Below, piece by piece: positions 54,386 to 54,466 of a stretch of DNA of 54,466 nucleotides (positions are counted from its first letter, which is position 1; the number at the start of each line of letters is the position of its first letter). Origin of the DNA: Candidatus Methylomirabilia bacterium (GTDB lineage Bacteria; Methylomirabilota; Methylomirabilia; Rokubacteriales; CSP1-6). The notes under the pieces were generated by a model that was not told where the DNA came from, did no database searches, and saw only the letters and a program-made list of their open reading frames with translations. The stretch covers positions 1 to 54,466 of the forward strand of contig JBGQHJ010000014.1 in the NCBI GenBank assembly GCA_041497895.1, in the 5' to 3' direction. The translations under genes and the position numbers were made by a program.

Positions 54386-54466
54386 TCAGCGGGGCTCCTC
54401 GGGGCCCAGGCGATAGCGCCGGACCTCGGCCTGGACGTCGCGCACCAGGTCGCCCTCCAGCTCGAT
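54386..54466 (-). CDS. C-terminal fragment of an unidentified CDS (…IELEGDLVRDVQAEVRRYRLGPEEPR*)
   Basis: Open frame with GC3-rich codons ending in TGA at 54386; starts outside the window. Confidence 0.6.
   Translation of the reverse strand: MELEGDLVRDVQAEVRRYRLGPEEPR

Overview
A very GC-rich bacterial chromosomal window with no rRNA and no CRISPR array. The gene repertoire, especially a zinc-ribbon/class III cyclase/AAA/TPR protein with an Arg-rich tail, suggests Candidatus Rokubacteria/Methylomirabilota, but this is an unverified inference. From left to right it holds: (1) a minus-strand complex I operon, nuoA-B-C-[NIPSNAP]-D-H-I-J', lacking nuoEFG; (2) a GGDEF-EAL gene with a sigma54/IHF promoter; (3) mixed metabolic and redox genes (beta-propeller, thioesterase, dienelactone hydrolase, extended PRTase, bcp, TTC38-like protein, an orphan MreB with its catalytic Glu replaced by Ala, MscS, trxA, D-carbamoylase, a MurC paralog, ahpCD, shc, FabK/FabL-like genes, tpx); (4) tRNA-Leu(CAA) and tRNA-Ala(GGC), followed by a small two-gene islet; (5) a 15-gene IclR-headed operon of unknown substrate (Mo-hydroxylase M/S/L, LLM oxidoreductase, MoaD-like protein with a masked Gly-Gly, two HapK/RedY-like paralogs, SnoaL protein, peptide/nickel-type ABC importer, SDR); (6) ald, a K+ channel, PEP-mutase family, amidase and the large cyclase; (7) a complete IS481-family element flanked by a 16-bp duplicated hairpin target. 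The strongest novelty candidates are the Mo-hydroxylase/Ubl/HapK operon, the E-to-A MreB, the NIPSNAP inside a headless complex I operon, and the hairpin-duplicating IS481. All calls are by eye from motifs; no database searches were run.
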